From a virus (Duplodnaviria; Caudoviricetes), in IMG/VR virus record IMGVR_UViG_3300008108_004664, positions 1 to 30,488 of that record: a DNA stretch of 30,488 bases; one strand, 5' to 3'. Positions within the stretch are counted from its first letter, which is position 1, and each line of letters begins with the position of its first letter. The notes under the pieces were generated by a model that was given only the letters and a program-made list of their open reading frames with translations, was not told the DNA's origin and searched no databases. This document shows positions 20,144 to 28,766 of the stretch, piece after piece. The translations under genes were made by a program, and so were the position numbers.

Positions 20144-21949
20144 TTAAAATTGTGTTGAATCTATAGTTGATGGTTCTTTATAAATTTCTATCTGAGAATT
20201 TATATTTGAAAGACCATTAAACACAGGAAATTTGAATTCATCTAAAAATACATTTTGTGTATAAATTTTCCTATCATTTTGTGGATAATAAAAATTCCAT
20301 GCTAATAAACTAACACCATCTGTATATGAATTTGTTCTTTTGTTATAAGTTTTTATATCTTCAACATCACCAATAGATAATATAGAAGATACTATTTTAT
20401 TAATATCAATATATTGACCTAATTTGGAATTTTCTGGAGCAAACTGATCTTTAAAAACACCAGCAATTTGATTTATAATCATAGAATCAGAAAGAGTTGA
20501 TGATCTAGATTTATAAACTCTCAAAACTGTTGGTGATAAATCATCTAATGATATTGAATTTCCTGCTGCTGGTGGTACAAAGAAATCAAACATAATATAT
20601 ACGGGATCAATTGTAACAAGTTCTGTTGTAACAATTTTCCAAGGTTCAAGTCCACTAATCATTAACTCTTTTTGTGGAGGGTTTAAAAACGATTGATTTA
20701 TTGTTTTTGGAACAGCACAAATATAAAGATTATTAAAATTACAAGCATTTGAAAATTTAACTTGGTTAAATAAAACATTAAATTCTTTATGAGGATTTTT
20801 AAGACCTATATCATAAAGATATTTCATATATTTCAATAGATAATCATTATTATTTAATAATTTAACATCCCTCACAAAAGAAGAATAGTTGTTTTTTATA
20901 TGAGATTCATAGTCTCTTTTTGTTGCTAATCTATATTGAGATCTAAAAGACTGTGGTGCATTTCTTCTTATCTCATCAACAGATTCTTCTTGTTTAAAGT
21001 CCGTTGATGGAAAAGCATTATTTATAAAAACACTTCTAAGTTGAGAATTTTCTAAATAATTTGCATTAACAGAATTTGTGTCATTCAAAACATCACCAAA
21101 TAAAACAGAATTAAACCTAACAGCAAATTGATTTCCCAATCCACCAGATCCTATAGCAACATCTTCTGGATTTATTCTTAAATAATAAATTAAAACCTCA
21201 TCTCCGGTGTTTAATTTTTTACCATTAATATCATTACCAAATGTTATTTCATATCTTTTATTTTCATTATACCTTATTTCATAAACAGTTTCATTGGCAC
21301 TGTGAAGGAATAATTCATTTACAGGAGAATATTTAACCCATTGATTGGAATTTCTTTCTTTTACATAAACATCTATACTATAGTGATCAATAAAAATTAA
21401 TTCATCCAAACTTAAAAACAAACTTTCGTTATCAAATCCTAATGCAGTATAAACAGGATATTCTTCGTATATACCTTGTTTTAATAAAACTTTATCATTT
21501 AATTCTGTTATTGTTTCATCTACACCATTATTAAGTTTTGAAAAAAAGGTATCTTTGGTAAAAGAAAAAACACCAGCACCAATATTTAAGTAACTATATC
21601 TAGGAATAGTATAATTATTAACTGGAATAGATGAACCAACAGTCATTCTTATAGGAACAACAGAAGCAGTTTTACCTACTGGTTTATAACCCAGTACTTT
21701 AACTATCTTGTTCATGTTTTCATAAAGTTGTGCTTCAGAAAACATACTTTCAGATGATGTTTTGTTTAAATAAAATAAAAGATTACCAAAAACAAGACTT
21801 ATAACATCTATAACAGCAGAAAGATTAGAACCTTGATAGTTTTGGTCAGTAAAAACTTTACCTTTGTTTAATCTATCAATTATTAATGATTTTAAACTTA
21901 AAGCATCAAAGTTTAGGTATGTATTTTTGTCAAAATAGATTTCGTTCAT
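20144..21949 (-). CDS. gp6: Baseplate wedge subunit, T4 gp6-like (601 aa)
   Basis: FTDQNYQGSNLSAVIDVIS, ESMFSEAQLYENM..LGYKP, YEITFGNDINGKKL, ESVDEIRRNAP..QYRLATKRDY are characteristic gp6/baseplate-J motifs. Confidence 0.9.
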   Translation of the reverse strand: MNEIYFDKNTYLNFDALSLKSLIIDRLNKGKVFTDQNYQGSNLSAVIDVISLVFGNLLFYLNKTSSESMFSEAQLYENMNKIVKVLGYKPVGKTASVVPIRMTVGSSIPVNNYTIPRYSYLNIGAGVFSFTKDTFFSKLNNGVDETITELNDKVLLKQGIYEEYPVYTALGFDNESLFLSLDELIFIDHYSIDVYVKERNSNQWVKYSPVNELFLHSANETVYEIRYNENKRYEITFGNDINGKKLNTGDEVLIYYLRINPEDVAIGSGGLGNQFAVRFNSVLFGDVLNDTNSVNANYLENSQLRSVFINNAFPSTDFKQEESVDEIRRNAPQSFRSQYRLATKRDYESHIKNNYSSFVRDVKLLNNNDYLLKYMKYLYDIGLKNPHKEFNVLFNQVKFSNACNFNNLYICAVPKTINQSFLNPPQKELMISGLEPWKIVTTELVTIDPVYIMFDFFVPPAAGNSISLDDLSPTVLRVYKSRSSTLSDSMIINQIAGVFKDQFAPENSKLGQYIDINKIVSSILSIGDVEDIKTYNKRTNSYTDGVSLLAWNFYYPQNDRKIYTQNVFLDEFKFPVFNGLSNINSQIEIYKEPSTIDSTQF

Positions 21950-21954
21950 ATTTA

Positions 21955-22458
21955 TTATTTAGAATCTTGTACGTTGGATTTTAATACTATATCAGTAGAT
22001 GTTAGTTTATTTAAACTAGGTATTTCATAAAAAAGTGAAATCCTATAAATGTTTTCATCAAATAAAACATTAACAAGAACTTTTGTTATATTTATTCTTC
22101 GTTCTAAAATAGATAATCTATTTAATATATATCTACCAATATAATCACCATTTGTTTCACTCATAGGTTCAAATAAGAATGTTTCAAGATTCATTCCAAA
22201 ATTTGGATCAAGAACTTTCTCATTTGGTTTTGTATAAATACAATTAAATATTGAATTTGCTATCGCATTCTCATCAAAAGAAATTTTAATATCATTAGAT
22301 ACACCTGACTTTAATTTAGTTCCAACAGCAACAGACATTTTTAAATCTAAATGTAAATCGGTATAAGTACTATTATCATAAGTATCTTCAGATACTTTTG
22401 TTTGCTGTGTATTAACCTGTTTTGGTTTTATTAGATTATCTAAACGAACTGTAGCCAT
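21955..22458 (-). CDS. gp25: Baseplate wedge/sheath-initiator protein, T4 gp25-like (167 aa)
   Basis: YTDLHLDL, DENAIANSIFNCIYTKPNEKVLDPNFG..LFEP, LERRI match the GPW/gp25 pattern; adjacent to gp6. Confidence 0.88.
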   Translation of the reverse strand: MATVRLDNLIKPKQVNTQQTKVSEDTYDNSTYTDLHLDLKMSVAVGTKLKSGVSNDIKISFDENAIANSIFNCIYTKPNEKVLDPNFGMNLETFLFEPMSETNGDYIGRYILNRLSILERRINITKVLVNVLFDENIYRISLFYEIPSLNKLTSTDIVLKSNVQDSK

Positions 22459-22494
22459 ACTAGGATAAATATACTTATAGAAAAATTAAATATT

Positions 22495-23025
22495 ATGGCA
22501 AAATATAATTCATTCGACGTCATTTATGAAAAAGCATTCGCAAAATATGCTAACGGTGGCGCATTCAGAGAAAACACACCAGTAAAAATAAAAGACGCTT
22601 ATTTTAATAGCGATTATTTTAAAGAAAGATATTCCGGAGATAATGGATTTACTGACTGGTTAAAAAATATGATTAAACAGGGAATATTCTTTTTTATTCA
22701 TAAAATAAATGCTAGTGATACAACTGGTGACGCTAAAGATGCAGTAGATTATTCTGGTTCAGAACATTTGTATTTAACAATTAAAACAGATCCAAGATGT
22801 CCTGCTTATTCTACCGAATATAATGAGTTCGATATGCCAGCAAATTTTAAATATCTAGAAGTTTTAGACTTTGGTCCAAATCTTCCACCGGTTCAAGGAG
22901 TTCCTAATAAGTACGATAAACCTTTTACAGATCATACACCACAGGAAGCACCTGATTTTATGAACCTTGGTAATAGACCAAAAGATCATTCTCTTACTGT
23001 AAAAAATATAAAGATAAAGAATTAA
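22495..23025 (+). CDS. Hypothetical protein (176 aa), possibly virion-associated
   Basis: Fills the gap between gp25 and the clamp loader, divergent from gp25; TAAATA just upstream; stop overlaps the clamp loader stop (TTAA). Confidence 0.7.
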   Translation: MAKYNSFDVIYEKAFAKYANGGAFRENTPVKIKDAYFNSDYFKERYSGDNGFTDWLKNMIKQGIFFFIHKINASDTTGDAKDAVDYSGSEHLYLTIKTDPRCPAYSTEYNEFDMPANFKYLEVLDFGPNLPPVQGVPNKYDKPFTDHTPQEAPDFMNLGNRPKDHSLTVKNIKIKN

Positions 23026-23960
23026 TCTTTTAAAGTATTTTCTATTGAGTAGACACAACAATAGAAATTAATTTCGTGATCTATTACGAAATTATCTTTA
23101 TACATATATTCACCAATATCTAACAAAATCATCTTTTTGATTTTTTCTGATAAATCTGATTCATAAAACATTTCAAAGAGAGATTTTAAAAGAGATTGAT
23201 AATTTGAATTGAAAAGATTTTCAGATTCAATAATATACTTTCTTATCTTCAAGGAAGATTCTTTTTCAATTATCTTTTTATAAACAAAATTGGCAAAATC
23301 CAATACTTCATCATTTTGTGAAATGACAAGGTTTCCTGATATAGAGAACTTTTGTAAGTCATTGATTGTCTTTCTTATATCAGGAAACCTAGAAGATACA
23401 AAATTAGTTATTTTTTTCTTCTCATCATCACTTATTTGAATTTTTTCTCTTACAAGTATTGATACACACCTTTTAACAATATCATCTATATTGGATTTTA
23501 ATTCAAACATTAAGCACCTAGACTTAATAGGTTCAATAATCTTATTGATATAATTAGCAGTTAATATAAAACGTGTTGAGTTATGAAATTCTTCCATAAC
23601 ATTACGAAGAGTTTTCTGAGCATCCAATGTCATTCCACAAAACTCATCAAGAATAATAACCTTTTTTCTTCCATCAAAAGATCTGACCTGTGAAAAGGAC
23701 ATTACTTTACCACGAATAGTATCTATTCCATTTTCGTCACTCGCATTAATATAAAGATACTGACAATTTAATACATCATTAACAATAATTTTTGCTAAAG
23801 TGGTTTTTCCTGTACCAGAATCACCATAAAACAAAAGGTTAGGAATATCCTCTATTAACGAAAGAAAATATTTCTTATTATCATCATCCAAAATAAGATC
23901 ATCTAATTTTTTGGGTCTGTACTTTTCTATCCAGAGGTCGTTGTAATGAGATATTTTCAT
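23022..23960 (-). CDS. gp44: Sliding-clamp loader AAA+ subunit (T4 gp44 / RFC small subunit-like, 312 aa)
   Basis: LWIEKYRP, Walker A GDSGTGKTT, INASDENGIDTIR, Walker B IILDE, SRC motif. Confidence 0.95.
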   Translation of the reverse strand: MKISHYNDLWIEKYRPKKLDDLILDDDNKKYFLSLIEDIPNLLFYGDSGTGKTTLAKIIVNDVLNCQYLYINASDENGIDTIRGKVMSFSQVRSFDGRKKVIILDEFCGMTLDAQKTLRNVMEEFHNSTRFILTANYINKIIEPIKSRCLMFELKSNIDDIVKRCVSILVREKIQISDDEKKKITNFVSSRFPDIRKTINDLQKFSISGNLVISQNDEVLDFANFVYKKIIEKESSLKIRKYIIESENLFNSNYQSLLKSLFEMFYESDLSEKIKKMILLDIGEYMYKDNFVIDHEINFYCCVYSIENTLKD

Positions 23961-23969
23961 TGTTTTTTA

Positions 23970-23998
23970 ATGATACTATATTATTATTTGAATGTCCA
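23970..23998 (-). promoter_or_regulatory. Sigma70-like (early) promoter for the clamp loader
   Basis: TGGACA (23998-23993), 17 nt spacer, TATCAT (23975-23970), 9 nt before the ATG. Confidence 0.55.
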
Positions 23999-24049
23999 TC
24001 AAAAATGGAAAAAAAATCAAAGGTAAGTAAGTATATATAATTCATAAAC

Positions 24050-24526
24050 ATGGATAATTCAAACGAAATAGATTCTATTATAGATCAGTTGAAGAATGAT
24101 TCTGTTCAAAATTCAACAAATCCTAAAAAGAAAACACAACCAACAGGTTTAACAGATGACAATGTAAACGATTATGTTTATAATAAAACAGCAGAAGTAA
24201 TTGAGTCTGGTCTTGATGCTATAAACAACTTAAAAGACTCTGTAATGACTGGACAAGACCCAAAGGAGATTTCGGCACTTGCACAGCTTATAGGGGCAAC
24301 AACGAAAGCAATTGATGGCTTGAACAAGATAAATCTACAAATTAAGCAACACAAAAACAATATAGAGGTAGCCAAACTTGAATCAGAAGGAATGAAGAAC
24401 ATCCAAGCATCTACAACTAACGTTCTTGCTATTGCAACAAGAGAAGAAGTTATGAAGAAACTTTTTGATAAAGGTTCAAGAACAGAAAAAATTGAACTTA
24501 TAGAAGATTCTGTGATCGAGGATTAA
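24050..24526 (+). CDS. gp16: Probable terminase small subunit, T4 gp16-like (158 aa)
   Basis: DYVYNKTAEVIESGLDAINNL..GQDPKEISALAQLIGATTKAIDGL and C-terminal TTNVLAIATREEVMKKL parallel the helical core and tail pattern of T4-like small terminases (recalled pattern, not searched). Confidence 0.65.
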   Translation: MDNSNEIDSIIDQLKNDSVQNSTNPKKKTQPTGLTDDNVNDYVYNKTAEVIESGLDAINNLKDSVMTGQDPKEISALAQLIGATTKAIDGLNKINLQIKQHKNNIEVAKLESEGMKNIQASTTNVLAIATREEVMKKLFDKGSRTEKIELIEDSVIED

Positions 24527-24530
24527 GAAA

Positions 24531-25598
24531 TTAATACCCTTTACCCATACCTCTATAAAGTTTAGAAAATCTTTCATCAGTAGATGGATATTTTTGCTTA
24601 AAAGATTTGAATGCATCATCATGGTTAACCATCTGTTTAATCTCAGTAATGGTTTTCCCGATAAATTGTCTATCACCATATTTAAATCCTGTTGGTGGAG
24701 GAGTTGGTTGACCTAACATGGTTCCACCACCTTTTTGAAAGGGTGGAGTTTTTAGGGGAACATTATCTTCTTTTTCTTTCAATGTAGAATATTTTTGAGA
24801 TTCTATTGGATCAATAGTTACTAATGATCTAAACGGTTCTGTTTCTATTCTAAAACCACCTGGCTCATCCTCGTCTTCTACTTTTACGTTTCCAAAAAAG
24901 AAAATTACAGATTTGTCTCTGGATTCAAGACCAGCAATTTGACTCCTCGATGTCTCGCTATCGGTTGAAATATCTGTTTTTGATTTTGGTTTGTAATATT
25001 TTACAATTTTTGGTTTAATGAAGTTTCTTTTTGCGACCTCATCCATGTTATAAAAATCCTGTTCTGTAATTCCGAATTGTTCTGGATTTTGAATAATATC
25101 AAGTTTTGTTAAAAGAAATGCAATATTAAAATAAAGACCATGCCATTGTTGAAGATTTTGAATAAATTGTTTAGCAATATTTGGTCGTAACTTAGCTTCA
25201 CTTATCTTCTGTGTATTATAATATTTAAATTGAAGTATATTATTCTCCTTAACCTGATCAAACGAATGATATGGAGAATATGTTGCACTTATAAGACCTT
25301 CTACTAACTTTCTTTTTGTTTTTTTGAGTTCTTGATCAGGTAAATTATTAATTAAATTGAATAAATTAATAGCCTTATCAACATCATCATTTCCAGATAA
25401 AATCGATTTAGATAATTCAGAAAACACTGCCTTGTCTTTTCCACCAGCAAATACTGCTTTTGCTTTTTTGATAGCATCTTTCTGTGTTATTGATGCTCTT
25501 TTAATTCCAGTTTGATCTACATCAGCCATCTTTGTTTTAAGACGACTTCTTGCCATTTCATTTACCAAATCTTTATAATAATCATTAAACAAATTCAT
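24531..25598 (-). CDS. Hypothetical protein (355 aa), candidate internal head protein
   Basis: N-terminus MNLFNDYYKDLVNE|MAR resembles a T4-type capsid-targeting propeptide; TAAATA 6 nt upstream of the ATG. Confidence 0.65.
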   Translation of the reverse strand: MNLFNDYYKDLVNEMARSRLKTKMADVDQTGIKRASITQKDAIKKAKAVFAGGKDKAVFSELSKSILSGNDDVDKAINLFNLINNLPDQELKKTKRKLVEGLISATYSPYHSFDQVKENNILQFKYYNTQKISEAKLRPNIAKQFIQNLQQWHGLYFNIAFLLTKLDIIQNPEQFGITEQDFYNMDEVAKRNFIKPKIVKYYKPKSKTDISTDSETSRSQIAGLESRDKSVIFFFGNVKVEDEDEPGGFRIETEPFRSLVTIDPIESQKYSTLKEKEDNVPLKTPPFQKGGGTMLGQPTPPPTGFKYGDRQFIGKTITEIKQMVNHDDAFKSFKQKYPSTDERFSKLYRGMGKGY

Positions 25599-25615
25599 AT
25601 TATATATTTACCAAA

Positions 25616-25849
25616 TTACCAGTACAGGTTGTGATATAAGGCTTCATCAAGAAACCCTTCTTGTTTCAAATAATCTTTAAGAGAACTCAATAAAGACACA
25701 TCAACAGCACCATTAGAAACCATTTTTATACTAAAATCTTGAAATGTATCGTTATCTATCGTCACCTTAAAATCAATTCCTTTATACGTTAATTCAACTT
25801 TATATGGCCCTTTTGGATTTTTAATTTTTTGAATTGATTTTTTATTCAT
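25616..25849 (-). CDS. Small hypothetical protein (77 aa), probably early-expressed
   Basis: Fills the intergenic space and is directly preceded by a near-consensus sigma70 promoter. Confidence 0.7.
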   Translation of the reverse strand: MNKKSIQKIKNPKGPYKVELTYKGIDFKVTIDNDTFQDFSIKMVSNGAVDVSLLSSLKDYLKQEGFLDEALYHNLYW

Positions 25850-25856
25850 TTAGCAT

Positions 25857-25885
25857 ATTTTAAAATTAAAATACTGTATTGTCAA
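25857..25885 (-). promoter_or_regulatory. Sigma70-like promoter for the 77 aa ORF
   Basis: TTGACA (25885-25880), 17 nt spacer, TAAAAT (25862-25857); ATG begins 7 nt after the -10 box. Confidence 0.7.
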
Positions 25886-25934
25886 GTGAAAGATTTTTCT
25901 TGAAATTACGATACAGGTAATATAATTATAAGAT

Positions 25935-27272
25935 ATGGAAACTATTAAAAATTGTGCTTGTGGGTGTGGAGAAATATTAAAGAACCCAAAAAATAAATAT
26001 GTAGTGGGTCATTCAAATAGAGATCCAGAGGTAAAGGCTAAAAAAGAAAAAGCTTATTTGGAAAAATATGGGGTAACAAATCCTAGCAAATCCAAAGATA
26101 TTAAAACTAAAAAAGAAGAAACCAATTTAAAAAAATTTGGAACAAAATATGCAGCACAGAGCATAGATGTAAAAAACAAATTAAAAGAAAAATGGTTAGA
26201 AAAGTATGGAGTAGATAATCCATCCAAATTATCTCATGTTAAATCTATAATATCAGAGAAAGTAAGGGCAACAAGAGAACAAGTTAGAGAAAAATCACAA
26301 AGGAATTTTTATAAAACTATTTTAAATAGATTAAAAGAGGAAGGTAAAATGGGAACATTAGAACCATTGTTTAATCTAGATGATTATCAAGGAAGACTTC
26401 TTAAATATCCATTTAAATGCAATGTTTGTTCTACTATTTCAGAAACTAATTTAAGATTATCTAATGAATCATTAAGATGTTTTACTTGCAATCCAAAAAT
26501 AACAACAGGAGGACAATCTTTATTAGAAAAAGATATATGTGATTATATAAGAAAACTAGATCCAAAAATTAAAGAACAAAATAGAGATATCATATCGCCA
26601 TTAGAATTAGATATAGTTTCAGAAAAACACAAAATAGCAATAGAAATAGATGGATTATATTGGCACTCCGAAATAACAGGAAGAAAAACAAAATTTTATC
26701 ATTCTTTAAAAAGAAAAAATACTAATAATTGTGGATATAAACTAATACAAATATTTGAAGATGAGTGGATAGAAAAACAAAAAATTGTAAAATCTAGAAT
26801 TAAAAATTTATTCGGTAGAAACCGATATAAAATATATGCAAGGAAATGCATTGTTAAAGAAATATCATCAGAAATTAAATCTAAATTTTTAAAAAAGTAC
26901 CATATACAAGGAAATGATAAATCCAATTTACACTTAGGATTATTCTATAAAAATAGACTAGTATCTGTTATGACATTTAATCCGTATAGACTTGCACTAG
27001 GAAACAAACCAAAAGAAAATTGTTACGAATTAACTAGATTTTGTTCAAACTTTAACTTTTCTGTCATTGGTGGTGCATCAAAAATATTAAAATACTTTGA
27101 AACTAAATACAATCCAAAAGAAATCATCTCTTACGCAGATAAGAGATGGTCAGATGGAAATCTTTATAATGTATTGGGATTTGATTTAGTAGGAGAAACA
27201 CAACCAAATTATTGGTACATAGTAAAAAACCAAAGAAAACATAGATTTGCTTATAGGAAATCTGAATTTTGA
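25935..27272 (+). CDS. Free-standing putative homing endonuclease (Vsr/DUF559-like nuclease plus GNAT-like C-terminal domain), possibly C-terminally truncated (445 aa)
   Basis: CACGCG N-terminus; LEKYGV-NP repeats; CNVC...CFTC ribbon; ELDIV..KIAIEIDGLYWHS..LIQIFEDEW nuclease motif; ARKC..HIQG..YELTRFCS..VIGGASK..SYADKRWSDGNLY..LGF domain; opposite strand to its neighbours. Confidence 0.8.
   Translation: METIKNCACGCGEILKNPKNKYVVGHSNRDPEVKAKKEKAYLEKYGVTNPSKSKDIKTKKEETNLKKFGTKYAAQSIDVKNKLKEKWLEKYGVDNPSKLSHVKSIISEKVRATREQVREKSQRNFYKTILNRLKEEGKMGTLEPLFNLDDYQGRLLKYPFKCNVCSTISETNLRLSNESLRCFTCNPKITTGGQSLLEKDICDYIRKLDPKIKEQNRDIISPLELDIVSEKHKIAIEIDGLYWHSEITGRKTKFYHSLKRKNTNNCGYKLIQIFEDEWIEKQKIVKSRIKNLFGRNRYKIYARKCIVKEISSEIKSKFLKKYHIQGNDKSNLHLGLFYKNRLVSVMTFNPYRLALGNKPKENCYELTRFCSNFNFSVIGGASKILKYFETKYNPKEIISYADKRWSDGNLYNVLGFDLVGETQPNYWYIVKNQRKHRFAYRKSEF
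26034..26240 (+). repeat. Three 23-aa tandem repeats in the endonuclease N-terminal region
   Basis: KAKKEKAYLEKYGVTNPSKSKDI / KTKKEETNLKKFGTKYAAQSIDV / KNKLKEKWLEKYGVDNPSKLSHV. Confidence 0.85.
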
Positions 27273-28687
27273 GCAACATTGTCGGTACCAAGTCCCTTAA
27301 CGATGATAAGGTGATAGTATAAGCTCGCACCGAAGATATGATCGACAACACCATATCTAGTCATAAGACCAACTCTTGGAGAGAAGTCATTAGGACCGAT
27401 AGTGCGTTGAATCATAACCGGAATATACGGACAATATACAATGCCTGTATCATAATATTCAGAACCTTTGTAACCTAAAAGTGCATACTCAATTGCATCA
27501 GCTTGGCTTCTTGCGCCAGCAAGGAGTTGAGCTTCGGTACGAGTATCACGATAGATGGTGAAACGTCCACCAACAGTACCAACCTTGGCAATACCAGTAG
27601 GTTGAGTGTTGACGTTGCCGTTTACAGGCATCCATTGAAACTCTGGTAACATCTCCAAGATTGTGCAAACGCGAGGAGTGGCAACAATGAAGTTGGCAGA
27701 TCCACGACGGTTACGGATTGCGATGCGGTTAGCCTCGACAATAATCTTGCTGTAGAAGTCACGGTTGCGTTCGCCGAGCCAACGGGCATCAGCGGAAGCA
27801 GCGTACCAGAAACTATATCCATTACCTTTACCTGCATTAAGAGCGATCTGGACCATTCTCATGATCATTTCACGGTCGATTTCGGCCTGAATTTCATAGC
27901 TCATGGCATTTGTTAATTCAGAATCAACATCGAGGCCGTTCATGTTCTTCATGTCCTGCTCAAGTTCAACAGACCAGCGAGCAGCAAGACGACGAGTCTT
28001 GGCTTCAACAGCTGTTTTAGCGAACTCAAGAGAAACTTGAGGAATATTTCCAGTCAACTCAAACTGACTTAAAAGTTGTGCAACACCTTGATCTTCGGAA
28101 ACGAACTTAAAGTCGTTTGCACCTGAGAGGAATGCACCACTAGTGCCAGTAAAGCGGGTATCCAAGGATTGATAACCGAGTTCAGAACCATTGTTTTGAC
28201 GAGGAACCCCGTCATTTCCAACAGTTACAGGACCAAGTGAAGAGTATCCGTCTAAACCTGTTCCACCTAAACTTGCGGTATCATACTTGTAGCGCATTGC
28301 GAATGCCAAACCGACTGGACCAGCCATAGGCTGAACACCGACGATCTCATTAGTGATAAGCTCAGGGAATGTACGACGAACCATAGGTATTAAAACCTTT
28401 GGAAGACGAGCATCACCAGTTGCATAACTATCACTGTTGGAAAGACCAGTTTGGCCAGGAGCACTTCCACCGTAAACGCCACCGAAAACTCCGGCAGTAT
28501 TTCCAGCTTCTTCAATGCACCAACGCTCTTGGTTTTCCATGAGAATAGCCGTAGCGAGACGAGAATGCTCGTCTTCGATTGGCTTCACACGATCTGAACT
28601 ATAGTTCAAAACCGGTGCCCACTTTTCTAAGAGTGTGTTAGCACGACCTTTGTCGATAAATCCTGTTGAGGGTTTGATTGTATTCAT
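27251..28687 (-). CDS. gp23: Major capsid protein, T4 gp23 family (478 aa)
   Basis: LLEKWAPVL, AILMENQ, LIPMVRRTFP, GVQPMAGPVGLAFAMR, VEAKTRRLAARWSVELEQD, EIQAEIDRE, YCPYIP, FSPRVGLMTRYG. Confidence 0.98.
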   Translation of the reverse strand: MNTIKPSTGFIDKGRANTLLEKWAPVLNYSSDRVKPIEDEHSRLATAILMENQERWCIEEAGNTAGVFGGVYGGSAPGQTGLSNSDSYATGDARLPKVLIPMVRRTFPELITNEIVGVQPMAGPVGLAFAMRYKYDTASLGGTGLDGYSSLGPVTVGNDGVPRQNNGSELGYQSLDTRFTGTSGAFLSGANDFKFVSEDQGVAQLLSQFELTGNIPQVSLEFAKTAVEAKTRRLAARWSVELEQDMKNMNGLDVDSELTNAMSYEIQAEIDREMIMRMVQIALNAGKGNGYSFWYAASADARWLGERNRDFYSKIIVEANRIAIRNRRGSANFIVATPRVCTILEMLPEFQWMPVNGNVNTQPTGIAKVGTVGGRFTIYRDTRTEAQLLAGARSQADAIEYALLGYKGSEYYDTGIVYCPYIPVMIQRTIGPNDFSPRVGLMTRYGVVDHIFGASLYYHLIIVKGLGTDNVAQNSDFL

Positions 28688-28731
28688 ATGCTTTTTATTT
28701 TACCTTTCTTTTTTTGGATTATGTTTTTCTA

Positions 28732-28750
28732 GAAAAGAACCGTTCTTTTC
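28732..28750. promoter_or_regulatory. Inverted repeat in the scaffold-capsid intergenic region
   Basis: GAAAAGAAC-C-GTTCTTTTC perfect 9-bp arms. Confidence 0.5.
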
Positions 28751-28766
28751 CACAACTTTAAATTTT

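Noticed and set aside
25850-27272. Endonuclease as cargo of a group I intron interrupting the capsid gene
   Set aside because: The ORF is antisense to the capsid, there is no non-coding room for a ribozyme core, and no downstream capsid exon is visible.
28732-28750. Rho-independent terminator after the scaffold gene
   Set aside because: The stem is AT-rich with a minimal loop and lacks a following U tract on the minus strand; kept only as an unassigned inverted repeat.
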